A stretch of DNA of 64,000 bases from Podarcis vaucheri (GCA_965113315.1 OZ220368.1), one strand, 5' to 3'; counted from the first letter of the stretch, positions 50,730 through 63,119 are shown. Numbers and translations: made by a program. Notes: a model not told the origin generated them from the letters alone.

Positions 50730-52046
50730 TGTTGGGAGTAGGCCAACCATCCATGGTCTTCACTGGAGGTTCTTTCTGCCTGCTTCCATGAGATATTCTC
50801 TTAGCATGACCAGCCTAGGTAGTAAAACCTACACAACTTTGGAGTGGAGCCGCTAAGATGGTTGGATGGCATCTTTCCAGTTGAATGGCCTCTTTTCGAC
50901 AACTCCCACAGCCAAGCTGGTGCCAAATGTATTGCTCTGCTTTCCTTTGGACCACAACAGTGAGGCCAAGAGGGAGGTCTTGGCATCTGGGCAGCCCAGG
51001 ACCCCCATAAACATTGCCCAGGCTTGCACTTCAGTGAAATCACTTTTATGGTGCAAATGCAGCAAAAACAACATGGAGACAGCAGTTATGAGTTGTAAGC
51101 TCAACCTGATTGGCGCAAGTGTAAGTTATAAGCTCTATGAGTTGCCTTGGTTGGTGGGAGAGATCACTGTGTCTTGCTGGGTGTCACTCAACAAGCAGAC
51201 CAAACAACTGCACCAGGCAAAAAAGAAATAAACCCTCTTGCACCTAGCAAGCTGGAACATCAGGACTATGTGTCCTGGCTTGTCCACCGACCTGCCGCAG
51301 GTCAATAACTCCTGAAAGACAGCCAACATTGACTGTGAGCTGAAAATGCTCAACATTGCCATTGCCACTCTACAGGAGACCAAAGTCGCTTCAAATGGCT
51401 GCCTCAGAGAGAAGAACTTACACCTTCTTCTGGCAAGCAGGGAACCCAGAAGAACCACGTATTTGTGGCATAGGCTTTGCAATGAGGAACTCCCATCTGC
51501 CTACAATAGAACAGCTGACAGAGGGCTCAGAATGCTTGCTTTCCCTCTGCTTTTCAACCACTTCCTGTCTGGTTAATGTCTTGAGCATCTACACTCCCAC
51601 TATGTGCCCTGACATACAGACCAGGGACCAGTTCTACAAGGAACTAGACTTCTGTCTCAGACACGTCTACATTAACTTGGTCGTGTCCACAGAATGGAAG
51701 ACAGCAGGGTCCCCAAGGACATCCTCTATGGGGAGCTGGCTTCAGGCACCAGGCCTGTTAGCAGACCAAGATGTCTGCAAACAAGACATGGAGGCTGACA
51801 ACATAAACCCCACCGTGTGGGAATCCCTTGCAGATGACCGCAGTGCTTGGAGGCAGTCAGGTCGTCTATCCACAGCAGTGACCAGGAAGGAATGACTGCT
51901 GGACTTCTTCATCTGCCCCAGCTGCAACATCTCTCTCCCGTATCGGTCTCTACAGCCACAGCAGGTGCTATAACTGTCCTATGGTTTGACTTCACTCTTA
52001 AAAGTGCACTCCTCCATTGTCTCCCAAGACAGAAGCATGCCAACAC
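50730..52046 (+). mobile_element. Internally deleted RTE-clade LINE (5' UTR + endonuclease N-terminus joined to the ORF C-terminus and 3' UTR)
   Basis: LHLASWNIRTMCPGL..LNIAIATLQETK..YTFFWQ..GIGFAMRN..SIYTPT (APE endonuclease) is joined at ~51650 to LGRVHRMEDSRVPKDILYGEL..WESLADDRSAWRQ. Ends ccattgtctcccaagacagaagcatgccaac. The 5' boundary is approximate. Confidence 0.8.
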
Positions 52047-55000
52047 ATTACATGGCAGGTCAATAAAGCTAAAACATGTTCTTCACCACCATATAACATT
52101 CCAGTGAATGTATCTGTCAGAGCATGATGCTGCAATTGTTTCAAAGACCTGAATATATTTTGAACCCAAGAGAAGGGGCAACGTGGAAGCCTAGAAAGGA
52201 TCATGAGCAGCAGCAGCAGCAGCAGCACTAGTCTTCTCACCTCATTGACAGATACAAGGAAAAGAGCTCTAGCTAATTCACTTACTGCACAACACACAGC
52301 ATCTGCTTCCTATTTGCATGCGACCGTGCGGGGGGGGGGGAGGAGGAAGCACTCCAGCTTGCTAGTCAGTGACAGAAGGAATCTCATTTGCTCACTCACT
52401 GAGCCGAGGAGGAAGACTGGCCCCACCTCAAAATTGCCTAATATTTATCCACAGTCTGGCAGACCACCTGCTTTGAGTATCTTGTGGGCACAGCCTGTCT
52501 GCAGTACAGGCAACAGTCCAACAGGAGGAGCTCAAATACAAGCATTGCTCTAGCACAGCAAGAGTGTAGATAAATAATTAACATGCTGGCGTGATTGTGC
52601 TTATTTAATTCTATTAATCCCTGGCTGTAAATTCTCTCCAAGGTTCAGTGTGCTGTAGGAGCTAAAGATGCTCTCTCTGTGGTTTGACATCCAGACCTAT
52701 CAAGAGCAACAATGAGCTAAGCCACTTCCACTCCTTACGGTCTGTGCAAGTCACATGGAGAATGACACACTGACTTGAGATCCACAAGAGCTCATAACCA
52801 GCACTGGCAGCACCAGGCAGCTGTTTTGCTGGGCAAATCCTTTTTCCGCTCCCAATTCTAGCGCAGCTATACCCTCTGCAGGCTGCTGGCACAGTGCTTG
52901 ACCACACTTTCTCTACTACTACCCCTGAGGTCCTGAAGTTGAGGCTAGGAACTGTAGTGTTTCTTATTTTGCTTATGAGCTAGGTTTTGCCCTGAGCAAG
53001 TACTCCTAATGCTGTTCCATCCCTGTGGCTGAAGTATTAAATATGCAGACCTCTGAATTACCTATGGCTTTGAGCACGTCCTTTATGCAGCGGTTTTGCG
53101 GCTAGGTTTGTGTGAGAAACGTAACATGCAATTCTACCCAAATTAATGAGCACACAAATAGCCTCAAGGGCTGATCCAAACTGCTTCCCCTTTTCCTTCT
53201 TGCTGCTTCAGCCAGCTGCAAACCCAGTTCAATTAGCTGGGTTCTTGAACTCACAGGATTAGGCTGAGAGGAAAAACTGTGATCTGTGTTGTGATGCAGA
53301 ATGCCTTCTCAATGTCTCAGTATATCCCCACATCTCAGCACTATATTGCTCTTCCACTACTCAGCTTAGATACACAAGACTGCTCCTGAATCATCTACCT
53401 ACTATTCTAGATTTCTTCCACACCACACAGCTATGGCCCTAACAGAGTGCCTGTGGTATCAAAGTGCTTGCTAGGCCTGAAAGTTCAAATTTTCTCCAGT
53501 AGTGACAAGGACAAAAAGCAATAAAGGGTTATTTCTTTATTTTCCAACTTTCTGAGTGAGTATTGCTTCAGTATGCCTTCTCCCTGCGCTAGTGGGAAAA
53601 TCCTCTCCTGTTACTCAGCCTGCCCTGGACTTAACAAAGATGAATGGTTCAGACAGGTGTACAAGGCAGCAGAATACCCAAGAATAATCCATATACCAAA
53701 ATTAGTTCCTTCCTTAATAGCTACTTAATCATGGTAAATGCAGCTGATGTTTACTTGAAACTGGAATTTGAGAGAGAGGGATTGGAAGGTTGCAAGTCAG
53801 AATTGTATCTAATGACCACCTTTAAGAGATAGTGTGTTCTTTAAAGTGTGATTGAAGCCCCCTATAAGAGTGAGAACACTCAGCAGCCCCCACCAGCCCT
53901 GATACTATTGTAGCTACTGTTGCCCATGGTCCTCTTTTGTACCACGCTCCAGAAAAAAATGGATCCTGTCACAATGATCTATGAAAACAAGAGCCCAATT
54001 AGAAATGGGCTTGCATGTGGGATTTTGGGTCCTGGCAGGCTAACAGGCTCATAAGCATTCACCCAGCTGGGAGTTCCTGGAAAAAACATACTCCTTTTTT
54101 GTGTCCTTCCCTGCTAAATGCTGTGGATCAGCAGTGTGTGGTTAACAGTCTTTCCAAACCTTGCTAGGCTTTGGTGCCTCTTTCACATGCTAGCCTTTAG
54201 CCAGCCAGTGCTTCTCCCTGGCCTCTATAATCTTGCCTTCTGGGCAATGCTTGTATCACATCACCTGAATCAAGGGAGATATGCTGCTGCAAGGGGAGGT
54301 CAGGGGCAAAAGAAGATAACAATTCAAGCAGGACCAATAATGCATGAAAAGGACACTTCCTCAATTTATCCTCCCCCTCTACACATATGAGAAGAGTTTT
54401 ATTTATGATTTAAGCCCCTCACAGCTGAAGTGGGCCCTACAGGGCATGCTGCAAGCACAGGAAAACATTTATCCTGCTACTGTGACTCTAATAGCTACAA
54501 GGGAACTTTTTCCAACATAGCAATTTTTCAAATTAATCATCTGCCTAGTAAATGGTTCATCGTGGAGAGAAGGAGTTTGCCTGCAAAAGCCACCATAATT
54601 CCTGGCCTCTCAATACCACTATTTTGGCCTCCATCACAGCATAAACAGCACTCCGAGGCTACTGAAACTGTAACCTTTTCCAATATAATTAATAACTAAC
54701 AGAAAGTGTGCAAAACATAATGTGAGAATCTATATCTATATTTCTCTATATACTGGAAGCAAAACAGGTCTGCACTTGACCGTTCACACATTACAAATTT
54801 TACACTTTTTTCCAGCATATAGGGCAGCTATGGGCAGAATTCTTTTGTAAGTTCTGCAATGTTAGGTTGGGCTGAGGAGCGGCAGACAAAACTACTGTCC
54901 AGGTCAAAAGCAACCACTCCGGTGCTATCGATAAATTCTAAATCACAACTCTCATTAACTCTCTGGCTGGGGCTCATTGGAGTTGCAGTCCAGAAATCCG

Positions 55001-55071
55001 GAGGGCACCAGGTTGTTGACCCCTGAGCCTGGAAGAACACAGATCCAAGATAAACACCCAAGCAGACTCAC

Positions 55072-55169
55072 CTCATATTCCTGGGAAAACTTCAGCCCAT
55101 CATTGGCCTTCAGTCGGTCGATGTTGTCTGCAAGGTCCGTCACTGGAATGGGAGGATGATCACGCATGC
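55072..55169 (-). CDS. PTPRF: PTPRF exon ([32 protein letters not shown]), wedge region
   Basis: 98 nt; tag/gtgag, phase 1 to 0. Confidence 0.96.
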
Positions 55170-56279
55170 CTACCAGATCAAACATAAGGAGGGGAGGTAG
55201 CAGGGTAAGAAGTTATTGTACAGTTGAAGAATGTTCCCGCACATGCGCACAGCAGACCAAATGGCAATGTGGCGCGATGGATGGAACATGAGTGAGGAAA
55301 CATGGCATGCAGTGCCCACGCAATGGCACAATGTATGTGTGCATGCTCTGATGAGACAGCGACCAGCCAGATGGCTTCTACATATAATACCAGGCCAAAA
55401 AGGGTGAAGATACTGCTGTATGGACTGAGGCTGGAAGGGGCCTAGGCAATAAAGTACAAAGCCCTTGGAGTCTGCGCCCTGCTTTCCATTCAGACAGTGC
55501 ACACTACAGTACAGATACAGAGATCCTGAACATATGCCAGCATTGTTCACTGGGCCCTGGGACTACTTTCTGTATCTCTCAACAGCCCACACTCATGTTC
55601 TAAGTGACTGAGGCAGCGGACAAGTCTTAAGCACTCACAGCCATGCATCTATAAGAAAGGCACCAAGAAATCCTGTATTTAATAGCTGGGCAATTAAAAA
55701 CCATTCCTTATCAAAGAATATTTTGCCTAGTGATAGCTAGGGAGCAAAGAGGGTCTGGAAAGTAAGCTTTTGTGCATCTAGCCGCCTTGAGTTTGATGAC
55801 TGTGCAATGATGCACAATCTCACAAAGTAGACTTACACCAGCCCCTAATCAAGACACAGGATCTGTTCTTCTTACAAGTTAAACCTCATCTCTATTCCTC
55901 TGCAATTCTCAAAGTATCAATAGGAAGTAAAATCTGCAGCAATTCCTGCCCCCCCCCCCCGCATTTTCCTCTTGCCGTGGAGGCCAGAGCCAAAGTAAAC
56001 TTTACAGGCACAATATAGAGCAAAATCCCATCCTTCTCCTTTGTCCACCAGAAGCTCAGAAAATTAAGACAGTATTTGTAGGTGACACACTGCACTTCAC
56101 ATTCATTAAGACATAGGCAGAGAGAGCAAAAGAATAAAAGAGCAGCTGCACGAGGGACTACTCTTGCAGATGGTTCAGAAGTTGCAGTTAGAGGAAAATG
56201 CAGCAGCCCATTTGGTTAGTGGGTCAACCACCTGGAATCATTCTAATTCTATGGGATTTACACAGGTTTCCAATACATT

Positions 56280-56800
56280 TCTGAGATCAATTCAGTGTAC
56301 TATCACTGACCTATTAAGTCCTGCATGACTCAGGACTCCTGAAGGAGACCACTTCCAGTACTGTCTCGCCTAGTTGTTAAGATGTGAACAAAAGTCCCCT
56401 TTTGATGTCCCACATCAAGGGTCAGTGCCCATGGAGTTATCCTTTTTGCATCAGCTCAAAACCTTTTTGTTTTCACAAACATTTTTAAGTGTTGGGATTT
56501 TATGGAATTATCCCCAGGACTTGGTTTTGTAAATTTTAATTTCTGCTACTCTCATGTATTATTTTGTATTGTACCTCGAGGACCACCTCTCCTCATATCA
56601 ACCAACCTGAACCCTGTAATCATCATCTGAGGCCCTTCTTCATTCCTTTTCTCCCAGGCATTTGGCTAATTAGACAATCTATGACCTTTTAAACTGTTTG
56701 TGTGGGTGGTTTTTGTTTGTTACTATAGTATGTATTTTTGTAGTTTTATATTGTAAACCGCCTTGTGATCCTTGGATGAAGGGTGGTATATAATAATAAT
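56280..56800 (+). mobile_element. Decayed L2-like LINE 3' fragments
   Basis: Ends ttttatattgtaaaccgccttgtgatccttggatgaagggtggtatataataataat, an L2-type tail. Confidence 0.55.
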
Positions 56801-57423
56801 CATAATCATAATGATGATGTCATTGTTTTTATACCTGCATAACCTGAACTGGGTTTAAGAATGACTGAATGCCTAAATAAATACATTTGGGTTTAAGGCA
56901 TTCCAATAAGGTGCTGCCTGCGAAACAGTGGCTGAGGAGCATATGGAGGAGATGAGCAAGTCCTAGCTTGTTGGACTACATTTGGATAGAGAACACTTCC
57001 TTTTCATTTTGGAGGAGATGCTGTATGGCCTCCACATGATATAAGTGCATCCTTTGCATCTGCAGCCAGGCCTTGCTTCCCTAAGTTGGGGTCCTATAAC
57101 ATACCAATGAAAGAGCTGCTGCAGCCTCATGTGCTCAGTCAAGATTGCAATTTTGCTGGCTGATTTATGCATTTCATTGTTTGGAAAACTGTGACGTGTT
57201 AATCTCTCTTTCTTTCTTCACATGCAGGCTGGAGCATTGTATGTGAGTAGCACCAGAGACTAGTTTGTGGGGGACAGCCTGGCTCACTAGCAAGAGAAGG
57301 GTTAGCACTAAGTCTGTGGTGAGTGAGGTTGACCTTCATGACACTGAACAAAAAAGATGAGAAAGAAAGAGGCGGGGAAAAGATAGTGAGGAAGAAGAAA
57401 AAGGAGGAGGAGAGAAAACTAAC

Positions 57424-57456
57424 TTGAGATATTCGGGCAACTGGGGCCACTGGCAC
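57424..57456 (-). CDS. PTPRF: PTPRF 33-nt alternative mini-exon (G-ASGPSCPNIS-S; LASE-a-like)
   Basis: Minus strand reads ctaat...ttctgttctttcag|GTGCCAGTGGCCCCAGTTGCCCGAATATCTCAA|gttagt. Phase 1-1 and frame-preserving; resembles the mammalian 11-aa LAR juxtamembrane insert (..PSCPN.SS). Confidence 0.88.
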
Positions 57457-59435
57457 CTGAAAGAACAGAAATCCCATTAGCTGTTGCTGAGGGAAGAGTT
57501 AAAGATGCGACAGAGGAGGGTCAAAGGGCAGCACAAAAATCCCCAACACAACCTTCACATTCCTGTTTTTAGGGATGGGAATTGCAGCTTGATGCTTGCT
57601 ACACATGTGGCAGCATGGAGGGTGATGTATTAAGACAAGCACCAAGTACAACCAGGATTATTTCACAAAGAGGATTTCCCCACAACAGACATGATAGATG
57701 GCTTTGCTTGTTGGCCAGGAAACAGAGTTCCTATTCCCAGCACATGCTGCTTTCCAAGACCATGCTTCCCTCCTACATGAGACAGCAGCAGAGCCTTGGA
57801 ACCAAGGTGTAGTCAAAATTCACCCAATCGCTTAGTAGCGACATCACCCTGCCTGACCTGCCACAAGTCTGCAAAATGGAACATGAGAACAAAGGAGCTG
57901 ACAATTCACGCAAGAACCTGTGTCTGAAGTGGAAACTATTAAAGTGATAAGCTTAATATTTAATAACAGCAGCTTGATTAATTATGTACTGAGCAAGGCC
58001 TTTCCTGCCTCTACATTTGCCAGAAGGGATATCAACTATGAGACTGCTCAGGGTTTAGTTGCTGCTGTCTGGCCCACAGAAGGCATCCATCCATCACAGA
58101 AGAGGGTGAGGATAGGTGGAGGCAACTAAGTGTCTCAGACTGAAACAATAATACCAGAACTTTTTTTGTACACTGATTGTTCCCTACTGGGCACCTGAGA
58201 AGATAAAAGGGTGCAAAATCTCAAGCTAGCAGCTCAGCAAGTACGGTCACACCTGAGAATATGGGGGGGGGGTTGCGTATACACTATGAGGCTAACTCGC
58301 TTTCTTTTGTCAAGCTTCCCTTTTGTGCAACATCCCTTGTTAGCACATACAACTCTGCACCATGTCCATGCCTCTATCTTCTCTCTGTGACCCCTCTGGA
58401 CTAGACCTCTAACTCTCCTGTCATGTTGGACTCTGCAAACCATCTGGTGGAATAATGACTTTACACTAATAGGGTGGGTCGTGCTCCCAATTCTACAAGC
58501 TGTGTGCGCACAACCCACAAAAGCCCCCGTCCTCTGACCCATCTGCAAGGCAGTATGAGGTAAAGGACTCAAGCCTAGAGAGAGAGACAAGAGAGCAGCG
58601 CTGCACATAGTCACAGGGCACAACTTCCAATTCCCTTCCTGCAACTGCTTTCCCCCCAAAATCTATTATAGGAGGACAAATAGTTTTGAGGAAAAGGAAT
58701 ACAGGTCACATCTTGCTAGGTAGAGTCTGGGTGTACTGAGCTAGAAGCCCCCACTGACCGCTAACATCATTCAATAGCCTTCATGAATCCCACAATCTAA
58801 ATAAGGAAGGAATAGGTTGCTTCAACTCTAACACGATAGAATGAAACCACATCCTGCCTCAGATGAGGATGTGAGGCCCTTCACAAAGCAAGAAATCTAG
58901 GAAATAGACTCTGTTGAAGACAGATTGTTTTGCTGACACAGCTAAGCAGCATCTATTACAACTGCAACGTACCTTAAGAGTTGGAAGCACTGCAGGAGCT
59001 GAATCATGAACCTGCCTACCTGCTACTTGACAGTGGACCTACTGGCATGTTGGACTTTCCTTTTGCTGGCTAATTTTGAGACCATATCTGGAAAGCACGA
59101 TGTGGGCCAAAAAACTGAGTGTTATCTATGGAATATAAGATAAATCATGACAAGGGCTCCATGAGAGCCTGTTCTTTGTCACGCTATGCCTTCCAGCACC
59201 TTGTGATGCAGGTATGGTCAGGCTATTGAGCCAACAGGAAGCCTGTCATCCCCATTCTGACTGTTGCCAATGTCAGACATACACGTGAGCAACAGTGTAT
59301 TGAGCCACACTGGCCTCTGAACCTAGCCTGAGAAGGTGCACACAACACTGCAAAGGGAAGAAGAGGCTCTCTTATCACAGACCTCTGCCAGTAAAAGGAG
59401 CAGGGGCCTCTGTGGGGCCGTCAAGTGGTACCTAC

Positions 59436-59551
59436 CTGGTGTTTGGTAGTTGAGTCGCCTCATTTCAACAGGATCAGAGGAATGGGCCAGCAAGGAGTCC
59501 TTCAGGCCAATGGAATGCTCATCCTTGGCGGAGGGTGAATTGGCCCTTTTC
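59436..59551 (-). CDS. PTPRF: PTPRF juxtamembrane exon (KRANSPSAKDEHSIGLKDSLLAHSSDPVEMRRLNYQTP-G)
   Basis: 116 nt; tag acceptor, gtagg donor, phase 2 to 1. Confidence 0.96.
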
Positions 59552-61116
59552 CTAAAGGGAGAGAAGGCGCAGCTCAGAAGGTAGATCTGGGCATGGACCC
59601 AATGGCAGAGAGCTTCAAGATGACCCTGTAGCAAACTCAATAATGCACCTAGCTGTAAGGGGGACTGGTAACCCCCTCCCCAGAGCTTACAAAACCTCCA
59701 GCTCCACTTCCATCTTCCACACACCAGTGTTGGGAACTATTTCCTGTGGTGGATGAATATACTTAAGATTTTGCCAAGTATTAAAAAAAATTATTTAAAA
59801 TGTGAAGAGTTGTAATATAATAGGGTAAGGGCTCTTCAGGGTGAATTTTATTGGTCCATTAATACTTGTCTTGAGTGGCTGAAGGCCCCCCAGGCGTGTG
59901 TTAATGGAACAATAAAATACACTGTTGTCTCTTCCTGCTATATTTATGCCTGCAGCTCCACCACCCTAGGCTCTTATCCTAGTAGATTTCACTAGCTAAG
60001 CAGAGATGAACCTGCTCAGTGATTAAATGGGAGACATTTACAGGAAATTTTGGCATGACAAGAAGAGTTATCAGTGATGTCCAGTGGCTACCATTAAACC
60101 AAAAAACCTCATATGGTGCTGCCTCTTAAAGTTGCAATGTGTTTTCTGGGGTAACTAAGCCACGGGGAGGGGGTATTCAACAGAAACACCCCAGCCTGGT
60201 ATTAAGGAGCACTGTGCTGCAATCCTGCAGGCAATTCAGCAGAGAGGTGTGTGTATCTGTTGATCTTTCAAACACATCAGAAGCCCAAAGCACTTATGAT
60301 TAACCTGGAGACACTGTTGATAGCACCCTGCAAAGGATTTTTTTACTTTGCCTGACGGCACAACTCTATTTGTTAGGAGGGAGAAATTGCCACAATTAGC
60401 ATGGAGCTCTCTGTGCTGTGAGGGGAGAAAACAAAAGTTTGTTCAGCTGTATGCACATGCATGCATGAAGTGGGGAGTCATTTATAAAGCAGCCACCACA
60501 TTACAACATCTGAAATAAGAGCCCTGCATCAACTTGAATTTATCACCAAAGGGGACCATTGTTGAAATAAGCCTAAGACTTTGCTTTGGTTCCTGCCTCC
60601 TGCTGAAAGTCAGTGTCACTCTGTTGTAACAGCATTACTTCCAGATTTACTAAGAATCAGCTAGACACCAAAGTCAGCAAGCAGTGGGAGACCTTTGTAG
60701 GACACACACAGTGACACTGAAAAGGGAACAGCTCAGAGCAAGGCCTTATTAACTGGTTTATAGAGCATGCTGATTATGCCAAGGAACTAGAGTCAGCTCA
60801 TGGTAATGTCACATCCTTGATCAATATAGGGGGCAAATAACCCCACAAATCCTGGAACACCAAATGCACTGAAAAGGAATTTTCTAAAAATCTGTCACAC
60901 CTTACTTGTGAAGCCATTTATTTAAATATAACAGCAAGAGAAGGTTAAAGGAGTTTAGGACACCACAATGGCTAGGTAGGCAGAGCAATATCCAAAAGCC
61001 AGATTAGTCTGGATAGGAAGACTTATGATTACTGTTTTTAACAAGATGAAACAGTGGATGTGAAACAGACAAAGCAAAGGATTAGTAAGGGTGGGGGGAG
61101 GAGGGCAGATGTCTAC

Positions 61117-61128
61117 CTTTCTTGTTTG
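61117..61128 (-). CDS. PTPRF: PTPRF 12-nt alternative microexon (inserts SKQE after the TM helix)
   Basis: Minus strand reads polypyrimidine tract ...ttttttctatttctgctgtccctggatctag|CAAACAAGAAAG|gtagac. Phase 2-2 fits between the flanking exons, giving LLFK-SKQE-RKR. The position matches the SKPD/NKPD inserts of PTPRD/PTPRS. Confidence 0.8.
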
Positions 61129-61907
61129 CTAGATCCAGGGACAGCAGAAATAGAAAAAAAGAGGAAATCCAGGTTACAAAAAGGTACTAATTGTGCATGC
61201 AATAACCCAAAGTCACCTCCCCTCTTGGTGTTATTATGCACATTTAGTTGGAGAAAAATGATGACAGCTTCCCAGAGCAAAGATGGGAGAGTAAGCACTC
61301 CCTGTAACCAAATGAGCAGCTCCTGCTTCTTCTAACAGCCCAAGCACTTGACACCCATGTCCCAGATCATGGATCAGAACACCTATGACTAGGCTGAGGA
61401 CAAATCTCTGGAACAAAGGGTCCCTGTTACCACATGGAGGGTTCATTCTCGGAGCCAAGAAGACTTGGGGAAAAGCACCAGGCCTCTGAATAAACCAAGG
61501 GATGTAGGCATTTGTTGGTCAGAGCCTTTTACTTAATCTGAGGCATGGTGATACAGGTCATCACCCTAGAACCACTAAGCAGAAGCCATATCCTATGGCT
61601 TCACAGTTCATCTGGCACTGACACAGCCCCAGTTCACTTCCAGGATATACCTTCCCAGCACAAAATGAAATGCAGAAACCACTGAATGTGATCCCATGCT
61701 CCCCTTCCTAGGGCTTGCCTTACATAGCACTGTTTTGCAAGCTCCATTGAGAAACACCTTCAGGAAGGTTCAGACCACATCCCCCAGAAGAGACAGTGTC
61801 CTTGGATTTATCATATAGTTTGCTCACTGTAAATGTTCTTGCGCTTGGCACAATACTGCACCATGGACACCACCACATTGCACGGGCATAGGCAGGCGTG
61901 TGCTCAC

Positions 61908-62059
61908 CTTTTGAAGAGCAGGATAGCAATGACAATGATGATGATTAAGATGACAGCCAGGACAGGCCCCATCACCCACAGCATCTCTGGTTCATCCTGC
62001 TGTTTTGCTGAAACCTCCATCACAATCTCATCTGAGTAGGGGCTGGCTGCATACTTCTT
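61908..62059 (-). CDS. PTPRF: PTPRF transmembrane exon (KKYAASPYSDEIV...LWVMGPVLAVILIIIIVIAILLFK-R)
   Basis: 152 nt; cag acceptor, gtgag donor, phase 0 to 2; hydrophobic TM helix typical of LAR-family PTPs. Confidence 0.96.
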
Positions 62060-63119
62060 CTGGTGAGTTTGAGAGAGAGGAGAGCAGACAAAGATCACTG
62101 ATCAGGCCTCTTCCTTGCTTAATTCTGAGTTGTCCCTTGGTACAATAGCCCCAAGCTGCCCACCTGCAATTTTCCTCATGAGCACCCAGGGAATTAACAG
62201 ACATCGTGAAAACAAACCTCCTCTCCACAGCAATGGAACATTCAGAACCACATCAGCTAGAAAGTGGCCTCCCTCAGTGCCAGAAAGGAATGGTCCAGCT
62301 GAGAACAAGTTGCCAGCCTCAGACACACGAAGAGCCAAATTATAGGCTTTGGAGATGCAGCCAATTGAGCATCAGGCCTGGCGGGTAGTGACTAAGTGGT
62401 TTATAATACCTATTATGCCGTTATAAACACATCACCCTAGGGGGTTATATGTCAAGGAACACCCACTGGGCATTATGTTCCACACTGAACAGCAGACTAA
62501 CTCATGGCTGTCCTTGAAGCTCTAGCATAAGCCCTGAATACAGCAGGATTCACATGGGGCTTCTAACATGCAAAGACTTCCAAGTCATACAAGGGACTGG
62601 CAAGTTACAACCAAAAAAGCAATACAAAATTGGCTGGCTCTGTTCCAATACATGCTATGCTTATATCTTTTTTTAAATGCCTGCCAGAAGACGTATGTTC
62701 AGGCAGGACCATGTTCTCTGTTCTAGTGGAGGCTTCCTGTTGCCTTGCTCAAGGTAGAGGCGTACACTGGCCTCACTTTTAGCCCCTGCGGAGATGCCTG
62801 TTGACCAAATTCTGCCAGTCTGAAAGCGGAGATCTTAAATAGCCTCTTCTCTGAAACACAGAGAAAACGTGCCCATAGCAGCTGCTTTTGTGGATGCTCA
62901 GCAGGAAACACCTGCCTGGCTTAATTTGAGCCACATTTTGTCTCTGGAACCTGGTTCAGTGGCAGGGCTAAGTCCTAGAACATGCAGAATAGTAAAAAAT
63001 AATATTCTAGAGCCCATTTTCACATTACTGAGAAATAACTACATGTTCCCCAAGTTCTAAGATTAGAACTAAATTTCTGACACTTCTTGGGGAAACAAAA
63101 CAATAAATGTTGAATTCCA

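Noticed and set aside
52206-52226. (AGC)7 trinucleotide repeat in a PTPRF intron
   Set aside because: A short ordinary microsatellite with no splice signals suggesting exonisation.
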